64,000 nucleotides of DNA from a virus (IMGVR_UViG_3300016665_000824:32001-96000); one strand, 5' to 3'. Counted from the stretch's first letter, positions 37,040 to 47,508 are shown. Numbers and translations are program-made. The notes: a model not told the origin generated them from the sequence alone.

Positions 37040-38593
37040 TTGGCATTTAGTTGTGCGATCGCTATGGCAAAATTTACAACAGGAGATCAGGCTTCAACTG
37101 CTGCTCTGTCGCGAGTTGACACTCTTCTCCAAACTATAAATACCGACGCAGACTATGCGCTTTGGCGGGAATGGATTTATGACAGGGCGATCGCCAAACT
37201 AGCACTAGGCTTAACTGGCGGAGGTGGAAGCTCCACTTCAATTCTTGCGGGTTTCAAGGCGATCGCTAATGGCACTGGCTACAGTATTGGCGATTTGATA
37301 TTTTTGCGGCAAACAGGAACTAACCAAACCGAATATTACAACGGTACTACAGGTTTAGTTATTACACCTGCCCCACCTAGCAGCGATCTTGGCTCTATTA
37401 TCTCTTCTAGTAATGTTGCTGTTACATCACTTCCTCCATTGCCGTCTGGCGCAAATACCATTGGCGCTATATCAAATGCTAGTTTTGGTATTAGTGGTAG
37501 CTTGCCAGCATTTGCTAGCACACCCACAGTAAATATTGGTACTACTGGCGCGATCGCCACTGATAGCACCTTACAGCAAGTAAGGGACGCGATCAAAGCA
37601 CAGATCGATATCGCCTCAACAATTTGGACAGATAACACAGATACTTTTTATGTACGACGAGATCTGGTAAACGAAGGAACGGGAGTAATCACTGTATCTT
37701 TTACTTTGCCAGACGGTACGGCGGCTACACCTAGCGCTGGACTTAGACCTCTAGCAACCGTAGATAAAGATGTTCTTAGTGATTATTACGATGTATTGAT
37801 TGCGGGTACTGGCTATGCGATCGGGGATTTATTAGCAAGGGTTGCGATCATTGATGCAAACGGTGCTTCTCCAACATCAACATTTATCTGGCTGAATTTG
37901 ACGGCAGGGACAATCCTCGGAACAGCACCTAGTTCTGCAAATATTGAAAGAGCGAACGAAACTATCGGTGCTAGGCAAAGCGGTACATGGAATATCACCA
38001 ATATTAGTGGTACGGTATCACTACCTACGGGAGCCAGTACATCGGCTAATCAGGCTACAGCGATCTCAAGCCTTGGCAGCATTGACGGAAAACTCCCTGC
38101 GAGTTTAGGGGTAAAAACTGCTGCTAATTCACTTGCTGTAACGCTTTCAACGGATGGAATCGCGAGTGGAATTGACACAAAAATTGGCGAAGTCCAAACA
38201 ACTCCAACTGCTAATACTGTTTTGGCGAGATTAAAAAATATTGCTGATGCGTTGGTGTTTGGGGCAAAATCACCAGCTAATAGTATTTCAGTTACCCAAG
38301 CTTTCGCCGCAACATCTACCCTAGCGAATGTGGCTAGTAGTGCGACATCAGTTAGCTTGTTAGCTGCCAACAATAACCGCAAAACAGCAATCATTCTAAA
38401 TGATTCGACTTCAGATTTATACGTTACTCTCAACGCAAGCGCCGCCAGTACGACGAATTATTCATTATTTTTAGCCGCTAAAGTTGGTAACACGCCATCA
38501 TTTTTAGCTATAAATGGTGATGATTATTCGGGCGAAATTCGTGGAATTTGGAGTAGTGCTAATGGTTTCGCAAGAATTACGGAGGTCGTGTAA
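37040..38593 (+). CDS. Tail fiber-like protein
   Basis: 517 aa, Ser/Thr/Gly/Ala/Asn-rich beta-type composition; precedes second fiber-like gene. Confidence 0.55.
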   Translation: MAFSCAIAMAKFTTGDQASTAALSRVDTLLQTINTDADYALWREWIYDRAIAKLALGLTGGGGSSTSILAGFKAIANGTGYSIGDLIFLRQTGTNQTEYYNGTTGLVITPAPPSSDLGSIISSSNVAVTSLPPLPSGANTIGAISNASFGISGSLPAFASTPTVNIGTTGAIATDSTLQQVRDAIKAQIDIASTIWTDNTDTFYVRRDLVNEGTGVITVSFTLPDGTAATPSAGLRPLATVDKDVLSDYYDVLIAGTGYAIGDLLARVAIIDANGASPTSTFIWLNLTAGTILGTAPSSANIERANETIGARQSGTWNITNISGTVSLPTGASTSANQATAISSLGSIDGKLPASLGVKTAANSLAVTLSTDGIASGIDTKIGEVQTTPTANTVLARLKNIADALVFGAKSPANSISVTQAFAATSTLANVASSATSVSLLAANNNRKTAIILNDSTSDLYVTLNASAASTTNYSLFLAAKVGNTPSFLAINGDDYSGEIRGIWSSANGFARITEVV

Positions 38594-39498
38594 TGATTAT
38601 TGTTAATAATTCCACTAGTGCTGCTGGCATTGGGAAAAACTATTTTAAGAATCCCAATTTTCAAGTAATCCAAGGCACTGCATCAGGGACGCTCGCCAAT
38701 TCCACAGCATTACCCACAGCATCACTAGGATACCTAGGTGAGACTGAATGGGGTATTGCGGCGGCGGGTGGCACTCCTGCTTATGCTTTTAGCTCAGCGA
38801 ATGAATCTGTTACCTTTACGGGTGCAGCATCAACTACCGCTATTTATTTGCTTCAAAGACTTGAAAGCAGAGATATTACTACTCTAGCCAACAAACTGGC
38901 GACAATTACTTTTAGTGCTGAGATATCTAATTCGCTGCTTACTTCGGTAATTTGGGAAGTATTTCGCCCTACTACCACTGCTGACACTCATGGCACAATT
39001 GGCACACCTACGCAGACATTGATTGCTAGTGGAACGTTCACCGTAAACTCAACGCTGACAAAGTATAGCGCCACATTTACCCTTCCTGCATTAGCTGCTA
39101 ATGGACTGGAGGTAAGACTAAGAGTAGGGGCGCAAACTTCTGGAACTTGGGTGGTGTCAAGGTTGCAATTAGAAGAAGGTAGTGTTGCTACTAACTTCAT
39201 TTGTGATGATTATTTGACTGAATTGAATCAATGTCAAAGATACTTTAGAAGATTATCAGATTATCTATATGTTTATTTTGGTACTACTGGTGTATTAAAT
39301 AGTGAACGAATGCATTTAAATATGTTTGGTACTACTAGAATTAGAAATTTAATAGCACAAAATTCAATAGGTGGAACTGGAGTTACTATATCAGCAGGAC
39401 TTAATGAAGATTCAACTAGAGCTAATTATATAAATAATGCTGGAGCTGGTTACTATGGTGGCAATCCATTATATACAGTGTCAGCACACATCCCTTAA
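38593..39498 (+). CDS. Tail fiber protein (receptor-binding candidate)
   Basis: 301 aa; [11 protein letters not shown]...LNQCQRYF motif typical of phage tail fibers; AT-rich 3' third. Confidence 0.6.
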   Translation: MIIVNNSTSAAGIGKNYFKNPNFQVIQGTASGTLANSTALPTASLGYLGETEWGIAAAGGTPAYAFSSANESVTFTGAASTTAIYLLQRLESRDITTLANKLATITFSAEISNSLLTSVIWEVFRPTTTADTHGTIGTPTQTLIASGTFTVNSTLTKYSATFTLPALAANGLEVRLRVGAQTSGTWVVSRLQLEEGSVATNFICDDYLTELNQCQRYFRRLSDYLYVYFGTTGVLNSERMHLNMFGTTRIRNLIAQNSIGGTGVTISAGLNEDSTRANYINNAGAGYYGGNPLYTVSAHIP

Positions 39499-39515
39499 AA
39501 ATACAAATAAAAACA

Positions 39516-39896
39516 ATGGAATTTACATATAAACTAATACAAAATCAACCAAACTCCATCATAAGACTTGAAGATGGAGCAATTATCCCAGAAGGGCATA
39601 ATGGTGATTGGCAACTTTACGAGGCATGGTTAGCTGAAGGAAATACGCCTGAAGCCGCTGATGCGCTGCCTATTGTAGTGCGGGAAATCGATGCTCGTAA
39701 ACTGCGATTAGCTTTGCTTCAATTAGGGCATCTATCTACCGTCACTAGCGCTATTTCTAGCCTTGGTGAGGCTGCAATCATTGATTGGGAATATGCCACA
39801 ATCATTCGCGAAGATTACCCTTTGGTACTGGCTTTGGCAAGCAATTTAAATTTGGATATTAAAGCAATATTTGATTTAGCGAATTCATTGGTGTAA
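39516..39896 (+). CDS. Hypothetical protein (possible fiber chaperone)
   Basis: 126-aa ORF immediately after fiber gene. Confidence 0.4.
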   Translation: MEFTYKLIQNQPNSIIRLEDGAIIPEGHNGDWQLYEAWLAEGNTPEAADALPIVVREIDARKLRLALLQLGHLSTVTSAISSLGEAAIIDWEYATIIREDYPLVLALASNLNLDIKAIFDLANSLV

Positions 39897-39898
39897 TT

Positions 39899-40444
39899 GT
39901 GGCAGGAGATCTAATCCCAATCTTAAAGAGCTATTTTGATTTTGCGGTGATCGCGCAAATATCGGACAATAGAGGTACGGTTGGGATACCTTCTCAATCA
40001 AATCCCCCCGACAGCAGCATCAGCCAGATCAGCACTGCTGCTGTCGGTAGTGCTGTCGTTGTTACTGCTCTTTTTAAATTGTTTGAAAAATTTGGAACAA
40101 ATGTAATTGATGGGCAAAAAAGCAGGCTTAGCCTTGATTTAAAGGCTAAAGAGCTAGAGCTAGAATTTGAAAAGGCTGAAAAGTTGGCAGCCAGAAAAGA
40201 GGAAGAGCGCAAAACTGAACTAATCGAACAAATACTGAATAACGCACTGTCACACGTTTACAGCACAGCCAAAGAAAACAAAGAAATTTACCATGAATTG
40301 CTTGAAAAATTCCAAAAAAGTAACGAAATTAACGAGAAAGCTTGGAGCAAAATAGAAGAACAAAGCCAAGAAATCCATTTGTTAAACCAAACTTTAAAAG
40401 ATGTTTTAGCGACGCTAAGTTTGAAAGATCGTCAAAAAACCTAA
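39899..40444 (+). CDS. Hypothetical protein with hydrophobic segment and coiled coil
   Basis: 181-aa ORF; AAVGSAVVVTALF hydrophobic stretch then K/E-rich coiled coil. Confidence 0.4.
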   Translation: MAGDLIPILKSYFDFAVIAQISDNRGTVGIPSQSNPPDSSISQISTAAVGSAVVVTALFKLFEKFGTNVIDGQKSRLSLDLKAKELELEFEKAEKLAARKEEERKTELIEQILNNALSHVYSTAKENKEIYHELLEKFQKSNEINEKAWSKIEEQSQEIHLLNQTLKDVLATLSLKDRQKT

Positions 40445-40510
40445 AACAAAAGCCCAACTCAAGCTATGGCAAGAATTGGGCGTAGGTTACGGACAGGGGT
40501 GGCTATGGGG

Positions 40511-40930
40511 TCAGGCCATTCCTACTTGATCTTGACCAGATAACGTAGCGATCGCCAACCACTCCGCTAGTCCATCGGCAAATCCTTTGTCACTGTATTC
40601 GTCAAGGCTGTAGATAGAGTCGATGCGATCACGCACCTCTTCTAGCGTCAAACCTTCTTTTTGCCATTGTTTTAGCTTTCGCCCAATCACTTGATTGAAC
40701 TTCTCGATTTGTGGCGCTAGATTTTCTCTCGCCAACTCAGAAATGCGATCGCGCAAATCATTCTCTTCGATTTCGGAGATCTCATCGTCAAACCGTTGCA
40801 GATATTCGGGATTTTCTTGAGCAATGCGAACGCGGAGTAGCTGTATCGCATCATCGAACAGGATGTCGATTTCGTTAGGTGCGATCGCGTCAGTCCTATA
40901 GCCAAGCTTTTCTAATACTTCGAGTTTCAT
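40511..40930 (-). CDS. Hypothetical protein
   Basis: 139-aa ORF, ATGA overlap with upstream gene. Confidence 0.45.
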   Translation of the reverse strand: MKLEVLEKLGYRTDAIAPNEIDILFDDAIQLLRVRIAQENPEYLQRFDDEISEIEENDLRDRISELARENLAPQIEKFNQVIGRKLKQWQKEGLTLEEVRDRIDSIYSLDEYSDKGFADGLAEWLAIATLSGQDQVGMA

Positions 40931-41337
40931 ACCTCTACCGCCTTAACACCATAATCGAAACTGAGAAGCTTGATCAAAAAGCTTGGCAACTCATCTTCAA
41001 GTCTAGTAAATCCAGTCTCTGACTGCCCTTCAAGATACGTGTAAACGTAGTAGGGAGCTTCTTCTTGGAGTAAGAAATAAAATTGATATCCTTGATGATC
41101 GTAAAAAACAATAGCTTCGTCAGGAAGTTCCTTTAAAAACCCATCCTCTTTGAGCAAAGATTTAAAAGCTGCTTTTACTTCGGAGCAAGAGTGAACAAGC
41201 AGGGCTATCAACTTGTTGTTCTCGCCTAGTAGTAGTTCTGTACTCATAGACTGATGGAGTCGCTCAAACTCTTCGGTAGGAGCGTCGGAAAAATTTATTC
41301 TTAGGAGATCCTGAACCTTATCGAAAACTATATACAT
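40927..41337 (-). CDS. Hypothetical protein
   Basis: Start reassigned to ATG 41337 (MYIVFDK); track start overlaps upstream gene. Confidence 0.4.
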   Translation of the reverse strand: MYIVFDKVQDLLRINFSDAPTEEFERLHQSMSTELLLGENNKLIALLVHSCSEVKAAFKSLLKEDGFLKELPDEAIVFYDHQGYQFYFLLQEEAPYYVYTYLEGQSETGFTRLEDELPSFLIKLLSFDYGVKAVEV

Positions 41338-41552
41338 TTTAATCCTAAATCCTTGGTGGCTTTGATAGCGTCCTTTTCTGAGTCGGCGGCGTACAGGCAA
41401 AACTTGTCGGCGATCGCCTGTACCTTCCATAGCCCTGCCCATCCCTGCTCGATCTCAACTGGTTCCTGTGTATTCACAATGTTGGTGGCACGAATCAAGG
41501 TGTTGCTGAGCAGGTGGGAGTTTTGAATATCTTCGAGTGTTAATTTTGCCAT
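41328..41552 (-). CDS. Small hypothetical protein
   Basis: 74-aa ORF directly after portal-like gene. Confidence 0.4.
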   Translation of the reverse strand: MAKLTLEDIQNSHLLSNTLIRATNIVNTQEPVEIEQGWAGLWKVQAIADKFCLYAADSEKDAIKATKDLGLKCI

Positions 41553-43208
41553 TTATTTGAGTCGTCCCTCAACCCACATCTTAGCAAAGGGAGAGTCCAA
41601 ATCCTTAAACAACCGAGAAGCAATTTCTACAGCCGAAACGGAATCCTGTTTAACACCTTCTTCGGGAGGTGTATCTGCTTGACCCTGATCTGCACCTTGA
41701 TCGCCAAAGTAGTCGCCACCTTGATCGCCGCCATATCCCTGTAGAGCTGCAAGCTCTTGTTGCTGCTTGGCTAATTCTTCATCCTGCTTCAGTTTTTCCC
41801 ACGCTTCCTTATCGAGAGAGACCTCATAGGAGTACTCTGTTCCACCGTAGAGGCTAGCGCGAACTTCATCCTTAGTAATTGCTCCCGACTGGGTTTGCAG
41901 AGCGATAAGCATATTAGTGTGAGCAGTTTGGTTGGCTACTTCATCTTTGCGACTCTCTACATAGAGGGGTTTAAACTTATAAGACCATCCTTCAGGGATC
42001 TTACCCTTCGTAGGGCCATCTTGAGCGAGCCAAATATACTTGTAAAGCATATCCAACTTGCGGTGGCGATAATTCTGCTCTTGATAGGCAGCAACGGTCT
42101 TTGACCAAACCTGATCTTCGGTTTCTCCAGTACCACCTGCCGCTAACCCTTTTGGTCCACGCCCAAAGATCATTGTGTAAGGAATCCCCACCGCAGCAAC
42201 CAAATCTTCTTGAAAGCTCGCTTTCATGTCGGACAAGCCTTGGTAGTTCCGCACTAGATAAGTAAGGTCATCTTCCGAGTCTACCGACACCGCCCCCAGC
42301 TTCCGCATCTGCATCTTCATGGCGCGAAACTGTTCTGAAAGAATGGTTAAAGCTTTTGGCACTCCATTGGTAGTGGCAGCTCCACCAGCAGCTTTTTCTT
42401 GGGCAAGATTTTGTTTGATCAGGTTTTGCAGGTTCTTCATCTTGTGGAGAAGAATCGTGTGATCTTGAATCATCTCCGCCATTGCGTCGGAGACTTTTGT
42501 GTAGCGAGCAATTTCTTTGAGTGCTGAGACGATTAGCGGATCGCCCCATCCACCCGTCGATCGCAACAATCTTGGAGGTAATCGAGAACCATCAAATCGA
42601 ATAATCCGCGATTTGTGAATTAAGTTGAACGAGGTGTAGTTTGAGCCTAACTTATCTATCTTGGATTTCGATTCTTGGGAGTAAAAGACCTGATAAAAGT
42701 CGGGGTCATCAGAGGGTGCATCAAGGTTTGGGAAATACGGGCGGATATCCTGCGGGTCAAGCTCGTAGATACCCTTGATGGTTTTAATTTTTGCCGTGTT
42801 AACTGGCTCGTTTGGGGGTAGCCCATCATCGATATTGACGAGAATAGCTGCGCCGCCATAAATATTCGCTAGCCAGTCAGCCTTATTAAATTTGTATTTC
42901 GCTTCTATCCTTTCTTCGTACTGTTCAAAGGCTGTGGCAATCTTGCGATCAGTGTCCTTAACTAAGCTAATCTCAGTCCATTTTCTTGTTGCCTCGTCAG
43001 GAAACACCGAGACAATTTTCTTTCCTAGCCAGTCCCTAGATAGTTCTTCGAGGGCTTTGTAGCTTAGTCTGCGCCGATCGCCTGTGCTATTCATCCCCAG
43101 ATCATTCTGAGCGAGCAGGTTGTTGTTGTACTCAGCCTCATAGAGCGCATCGATAATGGCTCCGTCTTGTCTCACATAGACTTCGGGATAATCTGTTTCT
43201 TTGGACAT
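41553..43208 (-). CDS. Putative portal protein
   Basis: 551 aa; no Walker A, so not terminase large subunit; Gly/Asp-rich acidic C-terminal tail; AVGIPYTMIFGRG segment; structured 5' leader. Confidence 0.45.
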   Translation of the reverse strand: MSKETDYPEVYVRQDGAIIDALYEAEYNNNLLAQNDLGMNSTGDRRRLSYKALEELSRDWLGKKIVSVFPDEATRKWTEISLVKDTDRKIATAFEQYEERIEAKYKFNKADWLANIYGGAAILVNIDDGLPPNEPVNTAKIKTIKGIYELDPQDIRPYFPNLDAPSDDPDFYQVFYSQESKSKIDKLGSNYTSFNLIHKSRIIRFDGSRLPPRLLRSTGGWGDPLIVSALKEIARYTKVSDAMAEMIQDHTILLHKMKNLQNLIKQNLAQEKAAGGAATTNGVPKALTILSEQFRAMKMQMRKLGAVSVDSEDDLTYLVRNYQGLSDMKASFQEDLVAAVGIPYTMIFGRGPKGLAAGGTGETEDQVWSKTVAAYQEQNYRHRKLDMLYKYIWLAQDGPTKGKIPEGWSYKFKPLYVESRKDEVANQTAHTNMLIALQTQSGAITKDEVRASLYGGTEYSYEVSLDKEAWEKLKQDEELAKQQQELAALQGYGGDQGGDYFGDQGADQGQADTPPEEGVKQDSVSAVEIASRLFKDLDSPFAKMWVEGRLK

Positions 43209-43257
43209 ATTCAGTGGCGATCGCGTATGTCCATCTGACAGGCGATCGCCACTGAAT
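43209..43257 (-). promoter_or_regulatory. 16-bp-stem hairpin directly upstream of the portal-like gene start codon
   Basis: ATTCAGTGGCGATCGC...GCGATCGCCACTGAAT ending 1 nt from ATG at 43208. Confidence 0.45.
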
Positions 43258-43281
43258 CAGGAGTATTTGCTAAAAAAGCAA

Positions 43282-43307
43282 AACAGGACTGCGTTGGCAA
43301 TCCTGTT
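43282..43307 (-). terminator. Intrinsic terminator, minus strand
   Basis: 11-bp stem (one G-U) with CAAC loop, then U-rich tract on minus strand; between 43329..44063 and portal-like gene. Confidence 0.55.
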
Positions 43308-43328
43308 TTAGGTGATTCAGATCGGAAT

Positions 43329-44063
43329 CTATTCTGGGATGTCTATATCCCCAAGCGCTCTTATCTTCTCTCTAAACTCTATAAATGTCCTTACCACGCC
43401 TATGTAGTCACTAAATCGAGTCTTAAGCTCAGAGACTTCTTTCTGGCTTAGCTGTAGAGACTCAATATAGTTTTGTTCTCGATCCTTGAGGTTCGCGTTC
43501 TCTTCCTTAAGATCCGCAATCTGTCTGCGTAGATCGGCGATCGCTATTAGGATCTGATCAATCTCCTCCTTTGTTATTGCGCTTGGAGGATCTTCAAACT
43601 CCCCATTCTGTAGGGCGATCGCGCCAATCTTCCGAATAGCTTCGCGGTACTGAAGTCTTTCTTTCTGGAGGTCGTAGGCACTTTTCTCGATCTTTGTATA
43701 CTCTGCGTCAGTCACGTATGGAGGGGACTCCACTTCGACACACAGAAAGTTCGTGCCAATTCTTGCTAATCTATACCCAATCTCGGACTTAGCTCGACGG
43801 ATATGATTTATCTGGGATTCCAGCTTTGTATAGAACTCGTCGGTCTCAACGTCGGACGGAGAAAAACCTTCGTCTAGCAAGAGCCTGCCAAGATAATCAA
43901 TCTTTTTAGCGAATAGCTTCTTGGTTTCTACTGCTCGTTCGTAGTCTTCTAGCTGCTCAACATAGGTCTGTGCAAGCGTCTGAATACTCTCGTACTGCGA
44001 TCGCGGAACGAACCACTTGGAAAGGATGTCGTTAATTAGATTCAAATCAATCCTCCAGCTCAT
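43329..44063 (-). CDS. Coiled-coil hypothetical protein
   Basis: Start reassigned to MSWRID (ATG 44063); followed by minus-strand terminator. Confidence 0.4.
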   Translation of the reverse strand: MSWRIDLNLINDILSKWFVPRSQYESIQTLAQTYVEQLEDYERAVETKKLFAKKIDYLGRLLLDEGFSPSDVETDEFYTKLESQINHIRRAKSEIGYRLARIGTNFLCVEVESPPYVTDAEYTKIEKSAYDLQKERLQYREAIRKIGAIALQNGEFEDPPSAITKEEIDQILIAIADLRRQIADLKEENANLKDREQNYIESLQLSQKEVSELKTRFSDYIGVVRTFIEFREKIRALGDIDIPE

Positions 44064-44736
44064 CTGCGTCTGGGGGTGCGGGAGTGCTAACCACAGTAAG
44101 CCAATTAGCTTTTTGCTCAACTAAAGCCGCTTGATAGTCCTGCTCCTCAAGAGTGGAGAGATCGGGGCGCAACTCGGCTAGTTTTTCGTCAGGAATGGCA
44201 ATCAATTTTTCGGCAGTTTTGACTGCGGCGATTTCTTCGGGAGTTACTTGCTGCCCAGTGAGATCTTCTAGGGTTGGCGCTTCAGGAGTTTTTTCGCCGA
44301 AGCCTTTTTTCTTGCGAGATTTCTTTTCTGGTTGAGGCTCCTCCACTGCGGCTTCCGTATTTTGAGGTAACACCGCATTGATAAATTCAATCAGTTCAGT
44401 TGCACCCAAACTTGCTGGCAAGGTGGGGATTAGCTTTCTGAGATTATTCTCCAATGCTACGCGGGGATTCTTGGCGGGGTCTGGCTCGATTTCAGGGTCT
44501 AGGTTTAGAGAGAACAAGAAAGCCGAGTCGCGATCGCTAGATTGTGTTTCCACCATTAGATCCTGAAAGGCTTTTACGGGATCTTTGGTTGTTAGCGCCG
44601 ACTCATAGGCTTTGGCGGACGAAATTTTTAAAAGCGACCAAATAATCTTGGTGGCAGGATCGATCGCGGCATCGCCAGAAACGAAGGGGTACTCAACGCC
44701 GCGCACGGTGATAGTGTTACTCAACGAATTCTCCAT
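44047..44736 (-). CDS. Acidic hypothetical protein
   Basis: 229-aa ORF, coupled to neighbours. Confidence 0.4.
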   Translation of the reverse strand: MENSLSNTITVRGVEYPFVSGDAAIDPATKIIWSLLKISSAKAYESALTTKDPVKAFQDLMVETQSSDRDSAFLFSLNLDPEIEPDPAKNPRVALENNLRKLIPTLPASLGATELIEFINAVLPQNTEAAVEEPQPEKKSRKKKGFGEKTPEAPTLEDLTGQQVTPEEIAAVKTAEKLIAIPDEKLAELRPDLSTLEEQDYQAALVEQKANWLTVVSTPAPPDADELED

Positions 44737-45247
44737 AAATATTTAGGTTTGACTGATATCGAAAAATCACGCCGAAGGGGATATCGACTATCCATGCAGG
44801 TGACTGCTCATACTGCGTCCTTATGGGCTGTCTTGGTACAGGGGTAATATCCCGTCCGTCCCATTCGACTCCTAAGAAGTTTTTGCTGGGGATTTTAAAT
44901 CTGTTGTACTTCGCGATCGCGTGAGAGATGAACGCCAGTTCGACAGGAACTTTTTGTTTGTATTCAGTCTCGTTGGCATATCCTTTGATCGCCAAAACCT
45001 CAATCCTTTGCATTCGATAAGCCCTGTTTGGGCTGTCGGGACGCTCAGAATCTTTGCCGTGGTCGCCAATTGAAGCTATGCCGACGGTCTCGCCTTCGAT
45101 CACGTTGTAGTAATCCCCACTAGTGTCTAAGTGCAGCTCACTGATAATGTGTGCGACAAAGTGATTTATCGACTCGGTTATAAGCCCTTTGTAATAGTCT
45201 TCAAAGTTCATCGTGGCGATCGCAAAATATTGCCTTGATATTACCAC
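44717..45247 (-). CDS. Hypothetical protein
   Basis: 176-aa ORF. Confidence 0.4.
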   Translation of the reverse strand: MVISRQYFAIATMNFEDYYKGLITESINHFVAHIISELHLDTSGDYYNVIEGETVGIASIGDHGKDSERPDSPNRAYRMQRIEVLAIKGYANETEYKQKVPVELAFISHAIAKYNRFKIPSKNFLGVEWDGRDITPVPRQPIRTQYEQSPAWIVDIPFGVIFRYQSNLNIYGEFVE

Positions 45248-45262
45248 AGAAATGCGTTATGG

Positions 45263-45805
45263 TTGTTATGCGATCGCCAAGTCTCAATTGGCAGGAAGAA
45301 TGTCACTGGCGACAAACATAAGGATACGCGGCGAGATACTGGCGATCATCTTAAAAGAAATCGTAAAAACCACATGAAAGAACTTGAAAACAATAAAGAT
45401 CTTGAATCTTTTCTAAAAGAGCTGCGAGAGCAGGCGGTTGCGGGTGACTTTGGTGTGGATGCTCTGCTTAACGAAGTAAGGAAAGCCGCAAAAAAGTGTG
45501 AAGAATTTAGGAATACAGAGTCTAGTCAGCCCAAGGATATTGAGTTTATTCAAGCTCTAATGCGATTTGCCGCTAACCAGCCCAGTCTTGCATTTCTAAC
45601 CCCTTATTTTGGCAAACAAAAATCAGAAGAAGAAGTTCAGGCTATTTTTAAATCGTTGCTGCTTAGGGAGTTAGGAGAACTCAAACTCTCTGCTAATCAC
45701 CACAAAGCCAGTATTCAGTTCTATCAATATGAACTAAAAAGGAACGAGAGATATCGAGCAGACATAGAAGAAGCGATCTCCAGAAATTATCCAAACCTAA
45801 AATAA
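45263..45805 (+). CDS. Hypothetical protein (plus-strand insert; start may be ATG ~45376)
   Basis: 180-aa ORF followed by small membrane protein. Confidence 0.4.
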   Translation: MLCDRQVSIGRKNVTGDKHKDTRRDTGDHLKRNRKNHMKELENNKDLESFLKELREQAVAGDFGVDALLNEVRKAAKKCEEFRNTESSQPKDIEFIQALMRFAANQPSLAFLTPYFGKQKSEEEVQAIFKSLLLRELGELKLSANHHKASIQFYQYELKRNERYRADIEEAISRNYPNLK

Positions 45806-46050
45806 TGAACTTGTATATTTCAATTCTGTCGTACCTATCCCTTGGAGTTGCCTATACTCTTCTGAGGTACAAATACCTTGAAGACAACTGTATTAGGGCT
45901 TTGCGAGACAATTTTTCTTATCTGGATTCACGAACTCAAAATCTTCTGCTAAAACAGGTTCTTTTCTCCGTCGTCTTGACTTATCCTCTGTTTATTCTTG
46001 GAGGCATTTGGGACTGGATATGCGATCGCTTTAATCCGCCCGAAGACTAA
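45805..46050 (+). CDS. Small membrane protein (two predicted TM helices)
   Basis: 81 aa; hydrophobic segments ISILSYLSLGVAYTLL and VLFSVVLTYPLFILGGIW. Confidence 0.45.
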   Translation: MNLYISILSYLSLGVAYTLLRYKYLEDNCIRALRDNFSYLDSRTQNLLLKQVLFSVVLTYPLFILGGIWDWICDRFNPPED

Positions 46051-46781
46051 AACCCATCGGGGAAACAAACTCCCCGATCGCGCAGAATTCCCGCAATATC
46101 ATCCTTAACCCCTTCCCAGTATTCCCGATCAATCTTGCCGACTGCGACAGTCCGAGAAGTGGTCGGGAATTTTTGATCTTTCTCGGCATCTTTAGGATCT
46201 CGCTGGAGGTTAGCAGCTTCCTCAAGAATATCCATGACCATGCCCATGCCAAAACTCTTAAGCACCGTATCGCCAGAGCCTTTGAAATTTAGATGTACTG
46301 CGGCAATGATGCGAGCGTCCAAATTGCCTGTCGAGAGCGGTGCGGAAGGCTTGTCTTTGGACTGTTTGGGTTGACGACTTTGCTTGGCGGGATAGGTCAA
46401 ACCCATCAACAATTGCAGTTGTGATAGACCAGGCATTTCCTGCTCGTAGCCAACGGGTTTAACTGGCTCGGTACAGAAGAAAAAGTTGTGGCGGGACTTA
46501 GTGGTGAGATTGTCGATATTTAGGAGGCAGTCTGGCTGGGTGCGGCGAAATATCAGCGCGATCGCCTCTAAATGTTTGCGCGATCGATATACCAAGAACT
46601 GATGCACCGTAATTTCATCCTTTAATACTGCGTCGGGCGGATATACTGGTACACCCCTGATGAGTTCGAGCATGTCGTCGATAACAGGGATTAACTCGGA
46701 ACGGGTATGAAAAGATGGTTCGCGAATAAATTCCCACGACTCGTCTTCATAGTTAATTTTCTGAGGATAAATTAAGGGCAC
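46047..46781 (-). CDS. Hypothetical protein
   Basis: 244-aa ORF. Confidence 0.45.
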   Translation of the reverse strand: MPLIYPQKINYEDESWEFIREPSFHTRSELIPVIDDMLELIRGVPVYPPDAVLKDEITVHQFLVYRSRKHLEAIALIFRRTQPDCLLNIDNLTTKSRHNFFFCTEPVKPVGYEQEMPGLSQLQLLMGLTYPAKQSRQPKQSKDKPSAPLSTGNLDARIIAAVHLNFKGSGDTVLKSFGMGMVMDILEEAANLQRDPKDAEKDQKFPTTSRTVAVGKIDREYWEGVKDDIAGILRDRGVCFPDGF

Positions 46782-47508
46782 TTACGGCTAAATTGTTGTT
46801 ATCGAAAGCTAATCTCAAGGTGATGTTCTGCGCGTCGGCATCAAAAGCCTCAATTACGGGCAAAACATCCTTGATGACAACATGGTACGGCACTTCGCTT
46901 TTTATTGCCACAAGATTTAATTCGATGGGGGGTAAGGGCTGATTAGTGTTAACAACAACATCGTCCACCAAAACAACTGCCATTTGAGAGACGATCCGTT
47001 TGCCATAAAAGCTCCTGTTAACTTGAAAAGTACCATCGGGTGCGATCGCCACATCATTCCCATCGGTGTATTTGTCAGCAATCCGTAACGAAATATTGTC
47101 GCAAAGAACTTTGGGCTGGTCGGTTGTATCGAGCTTATAGTTAGCCGTCAATCGCTGAGTTGGTTCTAGCCTGCCCGTACCATCTTGATTGACGTTGGCT
47201 TGAAACAAGTAGCGTTGGCGGTAGTTTTTGTGGACTTTGTAATCTGAGCCAGAGGCGATCGCCACAATCTCCGCGCTATTAACAGTCTCAAATGACAATG
47301 CGACCACAGGCATTTTTACTGGCGTACTTTCCTGTGATCGCATCTTACCGAAAAACATTTTGTCCGAGCAGGCATCTCGAAAGATCTCCTGCTCGGAGAT
47401 GGCGATCGCGCCCAAGGACGGATACGCCGAAACTACTCGGCTTGGCTCCAATACAAGCCAAGCGCGGTAGAACACCATATCGTCGAGACTAGACTCCACG
47501 GGCAGCAC
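46753..47508 (-). CDS. Hypothetical virion protein
   Basis: 251-aa ORF. Confidence 0.45.
   Translation of the reverse strand: MLPVESSLDDMVFYRAWLVLEPSRVVSAYPSLGAIAISEQEIFRDACSDKMFFGKMRSQESTPVKMPVVALSFETVNSAEIVAIASGSDYKVHKNYRQRYLFQANVNQDGTGRLEPTQRLTANYKLDTTDQPKVLCDNISLRIADKYTDGNDVAIAPDGTFQVNRSFYGKRIVSQMAVVLVDDVVVNTNQPLPPIELNLVAIKSEVPYHVVIKDVLPVIEAFDADAQNITLRLAFDNNNLAVSALNLSSEN

Noticed and set aside
41553-43208. Interpreting the 551-aa ORF as terminase large subunit
   Set aside because: No Walker A/P-loop or nuclease motif; acidic Gly/Asp-rich tail fits a portal better. No convincing terminase was found in the window
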